Positions 49,833 through 60,704 of a stretch of 64,000 nucleotides of DNA are shown here, piece after piece. The notes under the pieces were generated by a model. It was not told the DNA's origin. It made no database searches and worked only from the letters and a program-made list of their open reading frames with translations. The DNA is from a virus. Taxonomy: Duplodnaviria; Caudoviricetes. Within the stretch, counting starts at the first letter, position 1. The number at the start of each line of letters is the position of its first letter. The stretch is from the IMG/VR virus record IMGVR_UViG_3300025848_000001, positions 1 through 64,000 of that record. One strand, 5' to 3'. The translations under genes were made by a program, and so were the position numbers.

Positions 49833-52800
49833 TTATGCTTTCAAATCTCCAGCAAGCAACCAGGTGTTGGTTGCAACTTTAGTAAGCGTTGCTGATGAAT
49901 ATGTTGTTCTTAATGTTGCTCCTGGTGTAGCTAATATTGAAACTGATACATCAGCTCCAACAAAATTACCACCTGTGCCTGCTGATTGATAAAAGCTTAT
50001 TGTTGTTCCAACTGGATAAGCAGTAGTTGCATTTGTTGGAACTGTTATAGCGTGTGCTCCACCAACTGGAATTAATTGATCTCTTAATGCTAACCCACCT
50101 GTTGATAAGTTATAAGCACCTGTTGTAGCTGCTGCAATTGTTGTTAATGATGGAACTGCAGCTTTTGTTTGTGTTCCATCTGTGAATGCTACTCCAGATG
50201 CTGCAACTGTTACGGTTCCTGTAAATGTTGGATTTGCAGTTGGAGCCTTTGCATCTAATTGTGTTTGAATTGCTGAAGTAACACCATCAAGGTATCCAAT
50301 TTCTGTATCTGAAACTCCAGACACTCTGTATTGAACAGTTGATGAATCTACGGCAAGTGTACCTGGTGTAGTTTCTGTTAAACCAGTTCCAGCAGTTACT
50401 GCCTTAGCGGCGTTAAATGCTGCGTATGTAACATTTGTTGTTCCAATTGTAATTGCTGATGTATTAGAGCAAACATATCCATAACCTGAGTTTACTGTAC
50501 CTTCAAGAACAAGAGTAAAATCTCCACCCTTTAATTCTCCGTCTGGTGTATTATCTGCATCTGTTGCTCTTGTCCATGAACCTGAAGCAACTACATAAAT
50601 ACCATTTTGTGTCTGTGTAGTTTGATCTTTTACAAGAACACGATCACCGACTGATAGAGAAACTCCATCAATTGTTTGTGTTCCGCTAAGCGTAATATTT
50701 CCTGTTGTAGCAACACGAACTGGCTGATGGAAATTAATTCCTGCAGTTACATTGTCTACATATGCTTTTGTTGCTGCATGTGCGTCTTGTGTAGGTGCGC
50801 CCGAAAGTGTAAGTGCTCCTGTCATTGTTCCGCCAGCAAGAGATAGCTTAGCATCTAACGCTGTTTGTGTTGCAGTAGAAACTGGCTTATTAGCATCTGA
50901 TGTATTGTCTACGTTACCAAGGCCAACCATTGACTTAGATACACCAGAAACTGTTCCAGTAAATGTTGGAGAAGCAATAGGTGCATAAGTTGAAGCGGCA
51001 GTAGCAGAATTTAATTTAGAATCTATCTGTGTTTGAATTGCAGACGTAACGCCATCTAAATATCCTAATTCAGTACTTGAAACATCTCCAACTGAAGTTG
51101 TAGATGGCAAAACAACAGTTCCTGTAAAAGTAGGTCCAGCAAGAGGAGCTTTAAGAGCTAAATCTGATGTGAGGTTAGCAATCTTAGATTGTTCAATTGC
51201 TGCAGAAGAGTTAATATCTGCATTTACAATTGTTGCATTTGCAATCTTTGCTGATGTTATAGAACCATCAAGAATTTTAATTTCTGTTACTGCATCGTCT
51301 GCAAGTTTTGCAGTTGTAACAGATTCGGCTGCAATTTTATCAGTTGTTACATTACTATCTGCAATTTTAGCTGTTGTAACAGAATCAGAAGCTAATTTAT
51401 CAGATGTTACTGCTTGATTATTTATTTTTTCTGTTGTAACTGATATATTATCTAACTTGGAAGTCGAAACAGCTCCATCTGCAATTTTACTATCTATAAC
51501 AGAAGAGTCTGCTAGTCTTGTAGTGGTAACAGACCCTACGGCAAGCTTGTCTGTTGTAATTGCATCATCTAATATTTTTTCTGTTGTTACTGCATCTGTT
51601 GCAATTTTTGTATTTGTTACAGCAGCAAATCCAATCTTATCTTCTGTTACTGCTGAATCTGCTAATTTAGCTGTAGTAACGTTACTGTCTGCTATTTTAA
51701 TAGTAGTAACGTTATCATCTGCTATTTTCTCAGTAGTTACAGCCTGAACATCTATTTTTGCTGTTGTAATACTTGCATTTGCAATTTTATCAGTTGTTAC
51801 AGCATTATTTGCAATTTTTTGAGTTATTACAGAATCATCTACTGGGGTTCTTTCATTATTTAATCTTATATCGTCTGTATAAACTAAATTAGCTGTATTA
51901 TTTATACCGTGTATATTAGTTGTTAAATTTTGATGTGCTGTGAGCGCATTATCAGTATTTGAAATTAATCCTGTAACTGTAGATGCAAAACTTTCATCAT
52001 CATTAATTGCTGCTGCAAGTTCATTTAATGTATTAAGAAGTCCTGGAGCTCCATCTACTAAATTATTAACTGCAGTAGAAACAAATGCAGTTGTAGCAAT
52101 TTGAGTTGTATTTGTCGATGGATCTGCTGTTGGAGCAGTTGGAGTTCCTGTTAATGCAGGGGATGTTAATGATTTAGAAGTTAATGTCTGATTTCCATCA
52201 AGAGTAACTAATGCTGCTGTATCTACAATTCCATGAACATTTGTTTGATCACTATTATGATTATCTAAAGCGTCTGATGCTGCTGAAATTGCTGCAACTT
52301 GTGCATTTAATGCTGAATTGTCTGCATAGTCTGTTGCATTTGTTAATTGACTTAGTGGAACTAGCGTGTCTGCATCTAATGTGGCTACGCCTAATGCTGT
52401 TCCTTTTTCTGATAGTGGAACATAATCTCCAATAGTGTTATTAAGATTATTTCCTAAATTAGTAATTTCATCATCTACATATTGTTTTGTAGAAATTACA
52501 TCGGTATCAACTGATACTGTTAGGGTATTTGCAGCATCATTATAATTCTTTGTTATACCTGTTCCCGCCGTCAAAGCTTGATCGATAGAATCCTGGGCAA
52601 CTTCAGCTAATTCTGCCTTAGTAGCAATTACGGAAGTATCAACAGATACTGTTATTGTGTTTGCGCCATCATTATATGACTTAACAATACCAGTTCCAGC
52701 AACAAGGGCTGCGTCAATAGCATCTTGTGCTATTTCGCTAATTTCTGGATTGTCTGCTGCTATATAATTTAATGAAGCCCAGCCAGTGGTGCCATCACCA

Positions 52801-52916
52801 ATTTTAACTTTTCGTGTGTCTGTTTCAACACCCATTTCGCCAGCTGCTAGAATTGGGTTTGCGCTGGTCCATTGAGAGGCTGTACCTCTTCTAATTTGTA
52901 ATCTTACTGTTGCCAT
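49833..52916 (-). CDS. Long virion fibre with Mtd-N/hyaluronidase-type N-terminal domain and decapeptide repeats
   Basis: LQIRRGTASQWTSANPILAAGEMGVETDT..KIGDG..W; about 20 AVTTAKIADS repeats; GDRVLVKDQ...NGIY domain. Confidence 0.85.
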   Translation of the reverse strand: MATVRLQIRRGTASQWTSANPILAAGEMGVETDTRKVKIGDGTTGWASLNYIAADNPEISEIAQDAIDAALVAGTGIVKSYNDGANTITVSVDTSVIATKAELAEVAQDSIDQALTAGTGITKNYNDAANTLTVSVDTDVISTKQYVDDEITNLGNNLNNTIGDYVPLSEKGTALGVATLDADTLVPLSQLTNATDYADNSALNAQVAAISAASDALDNHNSDQTNVHGIVDTAALVTLDGNQTLTSKSLTSPALTGTPTAPTADPSTNTTQIATTAFVSTAVNNLVDGAPGLLNTLNELAAAINDDESFASTVTGLISNTDNALTAHQNLTTNIHGINNTANLVYTDDIRLNNERTPVDDSVITQKIANNAVTTDKIANASITTAKIDVQAVTTEKIADDNVTTIKIADSNVTTAKLADSAVTEDKIGFAAVTNTKIATDAVTTEKILDDAITTDKLAVGSVTTTRLADSSVIDSKIADGAVSTSKLDNISVTTEKINNQAVTSDKLASDSVTTAKIADSNVTTDKIAAESVTTAKLADDAVTEIKILDGSITSAKIANATIVNADINSSAAIEQSKIANLTSDLALKAPLAGPTFTGTVVLPSTTSVGDVSSTELGYLDGVTSAIQTQIDSKLNSATAASTYAPIASPTFTGTVSGVSKSMVGLGNVDNTSDANKPVSTATQTALDAKLSLAGGTMTGALTLSGAPTQDAHAATKAYVDNVTAGINFHQPVRVATTGNITLSGTQTIDGVSLSVGDRVLVKDQTTQTQNGIYVVASGSWTRATDADNTPDGELKGGDFTLVLEGTVNSGYGYVCSNTSAITIGTTNVTYAAFNAAKAVTAGTGLTETTPGTLAVDSSTVQYRVSGVSDTEIGYLDGVTSAIQTQLDAKAPTANPTFTGTVTVAASGVAFTDGTQTKAAVPSLTTIAAATTGAYNLSTGGLALRDQLIPVGGAHAITVPTNATTAYPVGTTISFYQSAGTGGNFVGADVSVSILATPGATLRTTYSSATLTKVATNTWLLAGDLKA

Positions 52917-52962
52917 TTTATTTTATACCCCTATATTAGAATTATACCATTTGCTAATTTTA

Positions 52963-53283
52963 TCAGGCTACTGTTCCTGAATCAAACGTTAAAGCAAATG
53001 ATGAAGTGCTTGGGGAACCGCCATCGGCCATTTTATTTGCCTCAGTGATAACCCCATCCCCACCAACAGAATATATTGGTGCGCCATTATAATCAATAGC
53101 TAGATCTATGTCGTTAAATCCCATATCATTTGAATCTGATATATCGATCCATTGACCATTGACCTGAATTCTTAATTTATTATTATCTGTATTAAATGCG
53201 AGGGGCACTGAGCCTAATGTAACCTGTCCTGATTGGACTACAAGGTTATTCTTTACTTTAAAATCTCTATTTGTTGTTGACAC
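52963..53283 (-). CDS. Small virion/decoration protein
   Basis: N-terminus paralogous to 53349..54977. Confidence 0.6.
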   Translation of the reverse strand: MSTTNRDFKVKNNLVVQSGQVTLGSVPLAFNTDNNKLRIQVNGQWIDISDSNDMGFNDIDLAIDYNGAPIYSVGGDGVITEANKMADGGSPSTSSFALTFDSGTVA

Positions 53284-53307
53284 GAGTTCAATATCCCCCG
53301 AATTTTA

Positions 53308-53331
53308 GGTGGGGGATTTTATTCCCCCACC
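53308..53331. terminator. Hairpin (terminator-like)
   Basis: GGTGGGGGA-TTTTAT-TCCCCCACC. Confidence 0.65.
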
Positions 53332-53348
53332 AATTAATTATTTAGTTT

Positions 53349-54977
53349 TTATGAACCGATTAAGGTTCCAGCAACCACTACGGTGCTGTTGTTATTTAGA
53401 GTTGTTACTCTAATTCTTACTTTGTTTGTATCAAAATCTGCTGAAATTGTAGATAGTGATCCATTTGTTCCAACCATACCATATTCAGTAAAGTGTACGT
53501 TATTGCTTGTATCAGTTGTTACAAGAATTTCAGACAATTCTGTATGTGTTCCAGCTGCTACCTTTACGGTAAATTTACCGCTTGTAAATCCATTATGATT
53601 CCATTGATAAGCAGTTACTGTACTAGCTGTTGGAACAGTTACTTTAGCTGCAACATTCTTTGCAAGACCATTAAAGTCAATTGCTGCATATACTGGCTCT
53701 GCTACTGCATTACCTGCAAGAATTGCTCCATCTGTATAAGATTGTGCGGAAGCAACTGCATCAGTTTCTGCCTGATCTACATATTGCTTTGTAGCTGCAT
53801 GTAAAGCATTTACTGGATCTGCATTAAGTGTTAATGCTCCAGTCATTGTATCGCCAGCCTTGGCGACCTTTTCTCCAATTGATGCTGTTACTGTTGTAAC
53901 AAAGTTCTCATCATCACCAATGGCTGCTGCTAATTCATTTAATGTATCAAGCAGGGCTGGTGCAGAATCAACAAGATCTGCAACTGCATCATCAACATAT
54001 TGTTTAGTTGAAATTACATCTGTGTCAACAGAAATTGCTCCTGTTGCATCATCATAAGAAAGTCCATTTCCTACGGCATTTCCTACCGCATCCTGTGCTC
54101 TTTCATCTGTAAAATATTTATTGGAAGAACCCTCTTCGATGTCATCTGTATCTAATGCATTAATTGCATTATCTGTATAGGTTTGTGCATTTCCTTCAGC
54201 TGTTGAAGCTGCTCCATATGCATCATATGTTCCAGAAGTTACATTGATAATACCATCTGCGGCATTATATGTAATTCCTGTTCCAGCCGATACTGCATTT
54301 CTTGCACGACCATTTGTGAAGTATAAATTAGATGAACCTTCATCAATATTATCTGTGGTTGCATTATCTATTGCAGAAGAAGCTGCATTGTCAGCATATG
54401 TCTTTGTAGCAATTGTATTGTCTACAGAAACTACGCCAGTTGAGTTATCATAAGATATTCCTGTTCCGCCAGAAATTGCTTGACGGGCACGTGTATTTGT
54501 AAAATAAAGATTAGTTGTGCCTTCTGCCAAATCATCTGTATCAGAATCTGCTACACCATTTTCAGCAGTAATTGTAAGACCAGCGCCAGTACCAGTAATT
54601 GTAATATTGGTTAAATTAGCATTAGTTAATAAATCTGCTGCTGATGTTTTAGCACGAGCATCTGTAAAATATTGATTTGTGCCTTCTGCAAGGTCGTCTG
54701 TATCGTGATTTGATAAACTAGAAACTGTACCAGTTACATCACCAGTTACATTACCAGATAAGTTTGCTGTTATTGTGCCAGCTGAGAAATTGCCAGACCC
54801 GTCACGCTTTACAACAGCGTTTGCTGTATTCGTAGAAGTTGCTTGCCCACCAATAAGGTTGACGATATAACTATCTGATCCACCTTCTACTAATATATTT
54901 TGACCATTTACTGTAGCTGTTGATCCTTCAACTACGAGGCCATTTTTAATTCTAAAGTTTTTGTTAACTGTTGCCAC
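53349..54977 (-). CDS. Virion fibre protein with TDDLAEG..N.YFT..RA repeats
   Basis: Four TD[DN][LI].EG repeats; APALLDTLNELAAA motif. Confidence 0.75.
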   Translation of the reverse strand: MATVNKNFRIKNGLVVEGSTATVNGQNILVEGGSDSYIVNLIGGQATSTNTANAVVKRDGSGNFSAGTITANLSGNVTGDVTGTVSSLSNHDTDDLAEGTNQYFTDARAKTSAADLLTNANLTNITITGTGAGLTITAENGVADSDTDDLAEGTTNLYFTNTRARQAISGGTGISYDNSTGVVSVDNTIATKTYADNAASSAIDNATTDNIDEGSSNLYFTNGRARNAVSAGTGITYNAADGIINVTSGTYDAYGAASTAEGNAQTYTDNAINALDTDDIEEGSSNKYFTDERAQDAVGNAVGNGLSYDDATGAISVDTDVISTKQYVDDAVADLVDSAPALLDTLNELAAAIGDDENFVTTVTASIGEKVAKAGDTMTGALTLNADPVNALHAATKQYVDQAETDAVASAQSYTDGAILAGNAVAEPVYAAIDFNGLAKNVAAKVTVPTASTVTAYQWNHNGFTSGKFTVKVAAGTHTELSEILVTTDTSNNVHFTEYGMVGTNGSLSTISADFDTNKVRIRVTTLNNNSTVVVAGTLIGS

Positions 54978-54993
54978 TCTGACAACCCCCTAT

Positions 54994-55545
54994 TTAAGCT
55001 TTAAGCGCAGTTCTTACAAATCTGGCTGTAACAGCAGAACTTGTAGGAGTTACGCATAAACTAATTATACCTGCATTTGATTCAAAAGTGACGGAAGCAA
55101 GATTATTTGAGGTATTTGAGATAATATTACTTTCTGATACGTTAATATCAGTGCCATCGTTTAATAATAAGAAGTCTGATGTATGGTATTCAGATCCTCT
55201 TGTTATTTGAAGATTATATTTAATTGTTCTATATACTGATGCCGCCCATGTATCTACAGCAGTCTTGTTTTCTATACCTGTTATAGTAAGGTCATTATTG
55301 CCTTCTAGTCCAAGTAATTCTAATGTAGAATCTGATTGATTATCTAAATCAGATAATTGAGATTCTAGCTGTGAAACTTTATAGTCTATAGAGCTTGCAT
55401 TTGCAGATCCATCTACGCCAAGTTTCGCTTGTATTGCTTCAATAGCATCATTTACATTTCCATGTAGTGCAGCATGTCCTGCCATGCTATCTGTGCCATT
55501 TGGATTGTTTAGGTTATCTAAACTTGCTGGGAAATTAGTTGCCAA
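54994..55545 (-). CDS. Virion protein (fibre-associated)
   Basis: MATNFPASLD...AIEAIQAKLG N-terminus; C-terminal domain resembles that of 53349..54977. Confidence 0.65.
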   Translation of the reverse strand: MATNFPASLDNLNNPNGTDSMAGHAALHGNVNDAIEAIQAKLGVDGSANASSIDYKVSQLESQLSDLDNQSDSTLELLGLEGNNDLTITGIENKTAVDTWAASVYRTIKYNLQITRGSEYHTSDFLLLNDGTDINVSESNIISNTSNNLASVTFESNAGIISLCVTPTSSAVTARFVRTALKA

Positions 55546-55909
55546 TTTCTCCTCCGTCTAACAATGTTAACTGTGTATAAGAAGCATTGTTATATGTTGA
55601 TTCTGGTGCACCACCATCAAGTCCTATTATAACAGGAATTTCTTCTTCAACATTAGATTCGTTGTTAATATCTGTATTAAAGTTAATTGTTTCTTGTATA
55701 TCAATAGTATGAACATCTCCATCATATGAATGTGTATGCATATAAAATGGAGCAGGATCTGTAGAACCTGGAGTTAAATCAACCCAAATTGCACCATTAT
55801 AAATTTTTATGTTTTTAGAAACTGTATTAAAGTAAACATCTCCAGTAGAACCAGCAGCAGGATCTTCTTCTAATGTTACTAAGTTTAATAATGATTTAAG
55901 CTTTGGCAT
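55535..55909 (-). CDS. Small virion protein
   Basis: GDVYFNT...IYNG..W motif and LDGG motifs. Confidence 0.6.
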   Translation of the reverse strand: MPKLKSLLNLVTLEEDPAAGSTGDVYFNTVSKNIKIYNGAIWVDLTPGSTDPAPFYMHTHSYDGDVHTIDIQETINFNTDINNESNVEEEIPVIIGLDGGAPESTYNNASYTQLTLLDGGEIGN

Positions 55910-55920
55910 TATTAAACTCC

Positions 55921-57462
55921 TTATCCGATAACGACTACTCTGTAAGCTCCAGCTGAAGGCGCCACCGCAAACTTAATAGTAATTGCAGATGTTGATGTAT
56001 GTTCTACGTCTGCCTCTATTTGTGCAAATGGAGAACCGACTTCATAAATTTGTACAGTAACATCTTTTGTTCCAAGATTATGAGTTACAGTATATGATGT
56101 TGCTGATGTGCTTAATGTAGCACTATACTTTCTTGTTATCTCATGATAATTTATACCATCATTAGTTAGTTGCCATTGATCAGCAGATTCACTCCATTTA
56201 ATATCTACATCATTTTCTATTCCACGATGTACTTTAATGCCTGCATCTACTGAAGGAGAATTCTCCTCTGGCATATCACTATTTAAGTTAATATAATTAT
56301 CAGAAATATTAACTTGTGTTGTATTTACAGCATTGATATTACCAGTAACATTTAAGTCTCCACCAACATTTAAGTTATTAGCAATTGTTACATCATCTGG
56401 CAATCCAATTGTTACTGCAGCTGTTTCTGAGCCAGACCCAGATACTGTAATTTCATTAGCAGTTCCTTGAATTGTAGCAACATATGCGCCTGTAGTGTCA
56501 TCGCCAAGGGCTACTGAATTAGGCTGTACGGTTGTAGATATTGTTACATTTTGGCTGCCATCAAATGATACAGAACCAGCAACGTCTCCAGATAGAGAAA
56601 TTGTTCTTGCTGTTTCTAATTGTGATGCAGTATCTGCATTTCCAGTTAAATCTCCAGTAACATTTCCAGTAATTGTTCCAGCTACTGTTAAATTTTGATT
56701 TGCCTGTATATTTCCATCAAATGTTGCTGTGGAAGCTACATCTAATGTGGAATTTACATCTACTCCGCCTGCAACTGTTAAGAAGCTTCCGTTTGCAATA
56801 ATTACATCTTCATTAAATGTAGTTTCACCATTTACTACGGTTACTCCGCTTATATTTAAAGATGAATTTATGTCTACTGGATTATTAAATGTAGCATCTC
56901 CAGAAACAGTAAGTGATGTACCTAGTGTAACTGCTCCATCTACATTTAATGTACTATCTAGATCTACTGAGCCAGCAACATTTAGGGAGTCGTTTACTGT
57001 AGTAAATCCTTGTACAGTTGTAAAACCAGAAACTTCTAGATTGCCACCAACAGTTATGTGACCAGATGTGTCTAATGTGGCTGCATTTACATCTGTAACA
57101 TCTAAAGTGTTAGGAATCGAAAGGGTTACGTCTCCATTGCCAGCTTTAGATACTGTTATCTGATTTGTTGTTCCTAGTATATCTGCTACATCATGTTTGT
57201 GATCTGCACGTGCAACATAGGGTGAAGTACCATGACTTACTGCTTCACCAAACTTTAATCTTGTTGTATAATTACCTACACCGAAATCACCAGATGCTGT
57301 TAACCATTCTGTTCCATTCCAGAAATAAAGTAAATTGTCATTTGAATCATAATAAATTTGACCAGTAACTGGGCTGCTTGGTGCAACTCCAAGATTCTGG
57401 ATTCTGGCATTGAGTAATTCGTTTTTATTTAGGTCAATGCTAACCAAAAATTTTCTTGCCAT
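55921..57462 (-). CDS. Virion fibre protein with beta-helical repeats
   Basis: GQIYYDS..FWNGTEW; LNVxG repeats; C-terminal VTHNLGT domain. Confidence 0.7.
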   Translation of the reverse strand: MARKFLVSIDLNKNELLNARIQNLGVAPSSPVTGQIYYDSNDNLLYFWNGTEWLTASGDFGVGNYTTRLKFGEAVSHGTSPYVARADHKHDVADILGTTNQITVSKAGNGDVTLSIPNTLDVTDVNAATLDTSGHITVGGNLEVSGFTTVQGFTTVNDSLNVAGSVDLDSTLNVDGAVTLGTSLTVSGDATFNNPVDINSSLNISGVTVVNGETTFNEDVIIANGSFLTVAGGVDVNSTLDVASTATFDGNIQANQNLTVAGTITGNVTGDLTGNADTASQLETARTISLSGDVAGSVSFDGSQNVTISTTVQPNSVALGDDTTGAYVATIQGTANEITVSGSGSETAAVTIGLPDDVTIANNLNVGGDLNVTGNINAVNTTQVNISDNYINLNSDMPEENSPSVDAGIKVHRGIENDVDIKWSESADQWQLTNDGINYHEITRKYSATLSTSATSYTVTHNLGTKDVTVQIYEVGSPFAQIEADVEHTSTSAITIKFAVAPSAGAYRVVVIG

Positions 57463-57474
57463 TTTTCACTCCCT

Positions 57475-57912
57475 TTAAGACAGATGCGCTGTCCCTGAAA
57501 ACGGCTGTGCCATTGTCAGTGTAATTATATTAAGACTATTATAGACTATTCCTGTTTCTAATATGTCGCCACTACTAGACTTGACTGTAACATTAGGATG
57601 AAACCCTAAATTATGCTCTATTTCTATAGAATATATGCCATCAACTGGCCCAGTAACTTGGGCTAATTCCCAAGAATGGGTCAATGCTATCTGTTTATCT
57701 AATATAAAACTATTATTTATATTCCATGTATTATTGTTTGAGTCTTTTGGACCCCAAAATCTAGTCGTAAGTTTATCAAAATAAAAATCTCCAGGAACTC
57801 CTAGTAAATTTGATGGGTTTCCTTCTCCACTAATAATTGTTCTTCCTGGTGCGCCAGAGGCTCTGACCACAACAAGTGGGTTATTTTCAGTTACTATTAG
57901 TTTTGTTCCCAT
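57475..57912 (-). CDS. Small virion protein
   Basis: GDFYFD...WGPK; IEHNLGFHPNVTV. Confidence 0.6.
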   Translation of the reverse strand: MGTKLIVTENNPLVVVRASGAPGRTIISGEGNPSNLLGVPGDFYFDKLTTRFWGPKDSNNNTWNINNSFILDKQIALTHSWELAQVTGPVDGIYSIEIEHNLGFHPNVTVKSSSGDILETGIVYNSLNIITLTMAQPFSGTAHLS

Positions 57913-58256
57913 TAAATTGTTACGGCTCTATTGAGAGTCATATACCCTTCTAAAAGTCTTGTTTTATTTACACTTGGATCTATAAGCACTAAATCGTATG
58001 CAGATTTTGGATAAAACATTTTATTTGTTCTATCTGCTGCAATAGATATTGATAATTTGCCTTCAGTTGGACTTATTGTAATTCCGTCTTCTTCTGTTAA
58101 TGTAAAAGCTATTTTTTTCCCACCCTGTGTATCTCTTACCTGCATTTTGGCGGTATGAAAATGAAGTTGTATTGGGCTCTCATCCTCGTCTAGATATTGA
58201 ACCTCAAATGTAAAAGTTGAGTTTTGATCAACTTCAAAATTCTTTTGTGCAGCCAT
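57912..58256 (-). CDS. BppU-N-like Ig-fold virion attachment protein
   Basis: DQNSTF...AKMQVR...YDLVL...RLLEG pattern. Confidence 0.6.
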   Translation of the reverse strand: MAAQKNFEVDQNSTFTFEVQYLDEDESPIQLHFHTAKMQVRDTQGGKKIAFTLTEEDGITISPTEGKLSISIAADRTNKMFYPKSAYDLVLIDPSVNKTRLLEGYMTLNRAVTI

Positions 58257-58272
58257 TAAATACCCCTAAAAT

Positions 58273-58313
58273 AGGAAAACTCCTATGCTTTATTTTAGCA
58301 TAAGAGTTGTCCT
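58273..58313. promoter_or_regulatory. 17-bp imperfect inverted repeat overlapping a minus-strand extended -10 (TGCTAAAAT)
   Basis: AGGAAAACTCCTATGCT-TTATTTT-AGCATAAGAGTTGTCCT, directly upstream of the first fibre-block gene. Confidence 0.5.
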
Positions 58314-58327
58314 AACTTGATATTAAA

Positions 58328-58555
58328 TTATGCCTTCTTGGTAAATCCAAAACTTGGTTCGTTTGGATTAAGTGCCTTTAAAATAACAGGCAAACATGCT
58401 GCAATTCCACCCTTAATTAAATCTCCTGGGTCTGTGTTGCCAGTCATGTATAGAGCAATAGCGGCACCTAAAAAGTGACGACCATAGCTTGCTAACGCTG
58501 CTAAAATTTTTTCTTGCATTGTTACCTTTCCATCATTATTAAGATCTTCTTTCAT
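58328..58555 (-). CDS. Holin-like small membrane protein
   Basis: Two hydrophobic segments, basic C-terminus, AGGAGG RBS. Confidence 0.55.
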   Translation of the reverse strand: MKEDLNNDGKVTMQEKILAALASYGRHFLGAAIALYMTGNTDPGDLIKGGIAACLPVILKALNPNEPSFGFTKKA

Positions 58556-58620
58556 AAAGACCTCCTTATTCTGGGCCTTGTGCCCAGGAATTTAGGGTTT
58601 CCCCTAATTATATTATACTA

Positions 58621-60558
58621 CTAAGCTGAAATATCTACAATCTCACAATTTCCATCGGAAGTACAAGCTAAAGTTTGAGTTCCACTTGTTCCATCTTCTG
58701 TTTCATAAAAAGATAAATCTTCCCAGCGAATAGATTTAGGCATTTTAGAAACAAGCTCTTCATAATCTTCTTTTGTTACTTCTTGATATGGAGCTTGTTT
58801 ATATGAATGATCTGAATGTGGAAGGAATGAAATTCCAGACACTTCGTCAAAATGTTTGTATACCCAAGCACCAACTTCCATCCATTCATCTTCTTTTACA
58901 GATACAGTAATAGATGGTTTATGTTCACACCATGCACGTTGATATACCAACCAAGTATTTAAATGTTCAATAGCTGTTAAATCATTTCTTAGAATTGCGC
59001 CTTCTGGTGCTTTCACTGGAAATGAGAATACGTATGTATCGTTTGGTTTCATAAAATCATCTTCTACAGGAATTCCAACTTCTTTTAAAAATGTAGACAA
59101 AGGATCTTTCTTATCTCCACGAACTGTACGAATGTAATATTGTGAATGCCAAGGGTGCATTCCTGAAGATACCCCTACAAGTTGTGAAACTGTTCCTGAA
59201 GGCTTAACGCATGTTATAGCAGCAGACTCATTAATTCCGATCCTTGTTGCTTCTTCTTTATTTGTATCACGAGCATATTCACGAAGTCCTTCTAGGGTTT
59301 CTTGAAGTTTACTTAAATTTTCTTTTCCAGAAAAAAATTTGTTTCCAAATTGTCCAGTTAAAGATACTCCAAGTAGTCGCTCTTCCTCTGTATTGTCTTT
59401 CCAAATCTTACGAAGATATTTAAAATCTGTAAGTGTAGATTGCCATGTTCCTAGGATTGTAGCTAAGCGAACTTTTTCTGCTACTGTTTTAGGAGTATCA
59501 TTTTCACGAATTACAACTTCGGACAGATTACAGAACTGATAAGGGCGAAGGATAATTTCTGAGCATGGGTTAGTTCCATAATGGATTTCTTCGCTTCTGC
59601 GTCCCCATCTTGCTGCTTGCTTTTGAGCAGCGGCAACATTGTATATGCCACGCTCACCAGATTTTGAGTCATATAAATTCTTCCATTCAGCAATAAACTG
59701 TTCCATTTCTGGTTTACGAGAATACGCTACTGAGTTATTTGATAAAGCTCGTTGAGAATTGTTTTCCCACCAATTACCAGACTTTGCTGCTGCCATTTCA
59801 ATATCATTAATATTAGAAAGAGAAATCATTGCAGATCGACGAACTCCACCAACAACTACAACTTCACCTATCTTACACATAATATCATGAGCTTCAATAG
59901 GCTTCAACTGACGACCTGCTGCACTTTTAAATTTTGCAATTGTAAAGTCAAAAAGGTTTATAAGAGGCTGTGGTCCAGATGAACGACCACCCATTGTTTT
60001 AAGACGTGCACCTGCTGGACGAAGTTTTGAAACATCAATAGATGGAATCTGCCCAGCCCAAAGCATTGCAAGAAGTTCACGATATGCTTTAGCCCAACCA
60101 GTCTTTGAATCTTCTACTACAATGGCTGTAGAAGATTTTTCAAATAATTCTGGAACGGCGGGAAGCTTATTAACATATTTATATTCAACAGAGAAACCTA
60201 CTCCTGTTCCACACATAAGTATATACATTGTTTCATCAAATGATCTTGGATTGTCAACTGGAACAAAAGAACAATTGTATCCTGCAACATGGTCTCTATC
60301 AAGAGCAGCGCCTGCAGTCATTACTGCTCTCATAGATGGCATTACACTTCTGCTATAGACTGCCTCTTTTAGATCTTCAACAAGTTTTGAATCTGGAACA
60401 TAATTAAATGTTTTTAAATGATCTAATATAAAAGCAAAGTATCTATCTACTGTTTCTCCCCAAGTCTCACGACGATTATCTTCCGATAGCCATCTAGCAT
60501 ATCTCGATAATGCAATAAAATTCTCATATGGGTTTTCAATAACTCTTGACATATACAC
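58621..60558 (-). CDS. nrdJ: Class II (adenosylcobalamin-dependent) ribonucleotide reductase
   Basis: YNCSF, GTGVGFSV, VGGVRRSA, GTNPCSEI, CNLSE, VKPSGT and C-terminal CTSDGNC; no beta subunit gene adjacent. Confidence 0.93.
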   Translation of the reverse strand: MYMSRVIENPYENFIALSRYARWLSEDNRRETWGETVDRYFAFILDHLKTFNYVPDSKLVEDLKEAVYSRSVMPSMRAVMTAGAALDRDHVAGYNCSFVPVDNPRSFDETMYILMCGTGVGFSVEYKYVNKLPAVPELFEKSSTAIVVEDSKTGWAKAYRELLAMLWAGQIPSIDVSKLRPAGARLKTMGGRSSGPQPLINLFDFTIAKFKSAAGRQLKPIEAHDIMCKIGEVVVVGGVRRSAMISLSNINDIEMAAAKSGNWWENNSQRALSNNSVAYSRKPEMEQFIAEWKNLYDSKSGERGIYNVAAAQKQAARWGRRSEEIHYGTNPCSEIILRPYQFCNLSEVVIRENDTPKTVAEKVRLATILGTWQSTLTDFKYLRKIWKDNTEEERLLGVSLTGQFGNKFFSGKENLSKLQETLEGLREYARDTNKEEATRIGINESAAITCVKPSGTVSQLVGVSSGMHPWHSQYYIRTVRGDKKDPLSTFLKEVGIPVEDDFMKPNDTYVFSFPVKAPEGAILRNDLTAIEHLNTWLVYQRAWCEHKPSITVSVKEDEWMEVGAWVYKHFDEVSGISFLPHSDHSYKQAPYQEVTKEDYEELVSKMPKSIRWEDLSFYETEDGTSGTQTLACTSDGNCEIVDISA

Positions 60559-60704
60559 CTTTTCCGCCTTTTGGCTAATTATTTTTTATTAAGTAGTTAA
60601 TTCTACCAAAAACATTTTTCTATGTGAAGACTTTTTATATTTTTTATATTAAAAATAAATAGTTTTATTAGTTAACTATAAATAAAATATTTTAGTCAAC
60701 TAAC

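Noticed and set aside
49833-52916. Diversity-generating retroelement suggested by the Mtd-N-like domain
   Set aside because: No reverse transcriptase and no TR/VR pair seen; this N-terminal domain is a common structural module.
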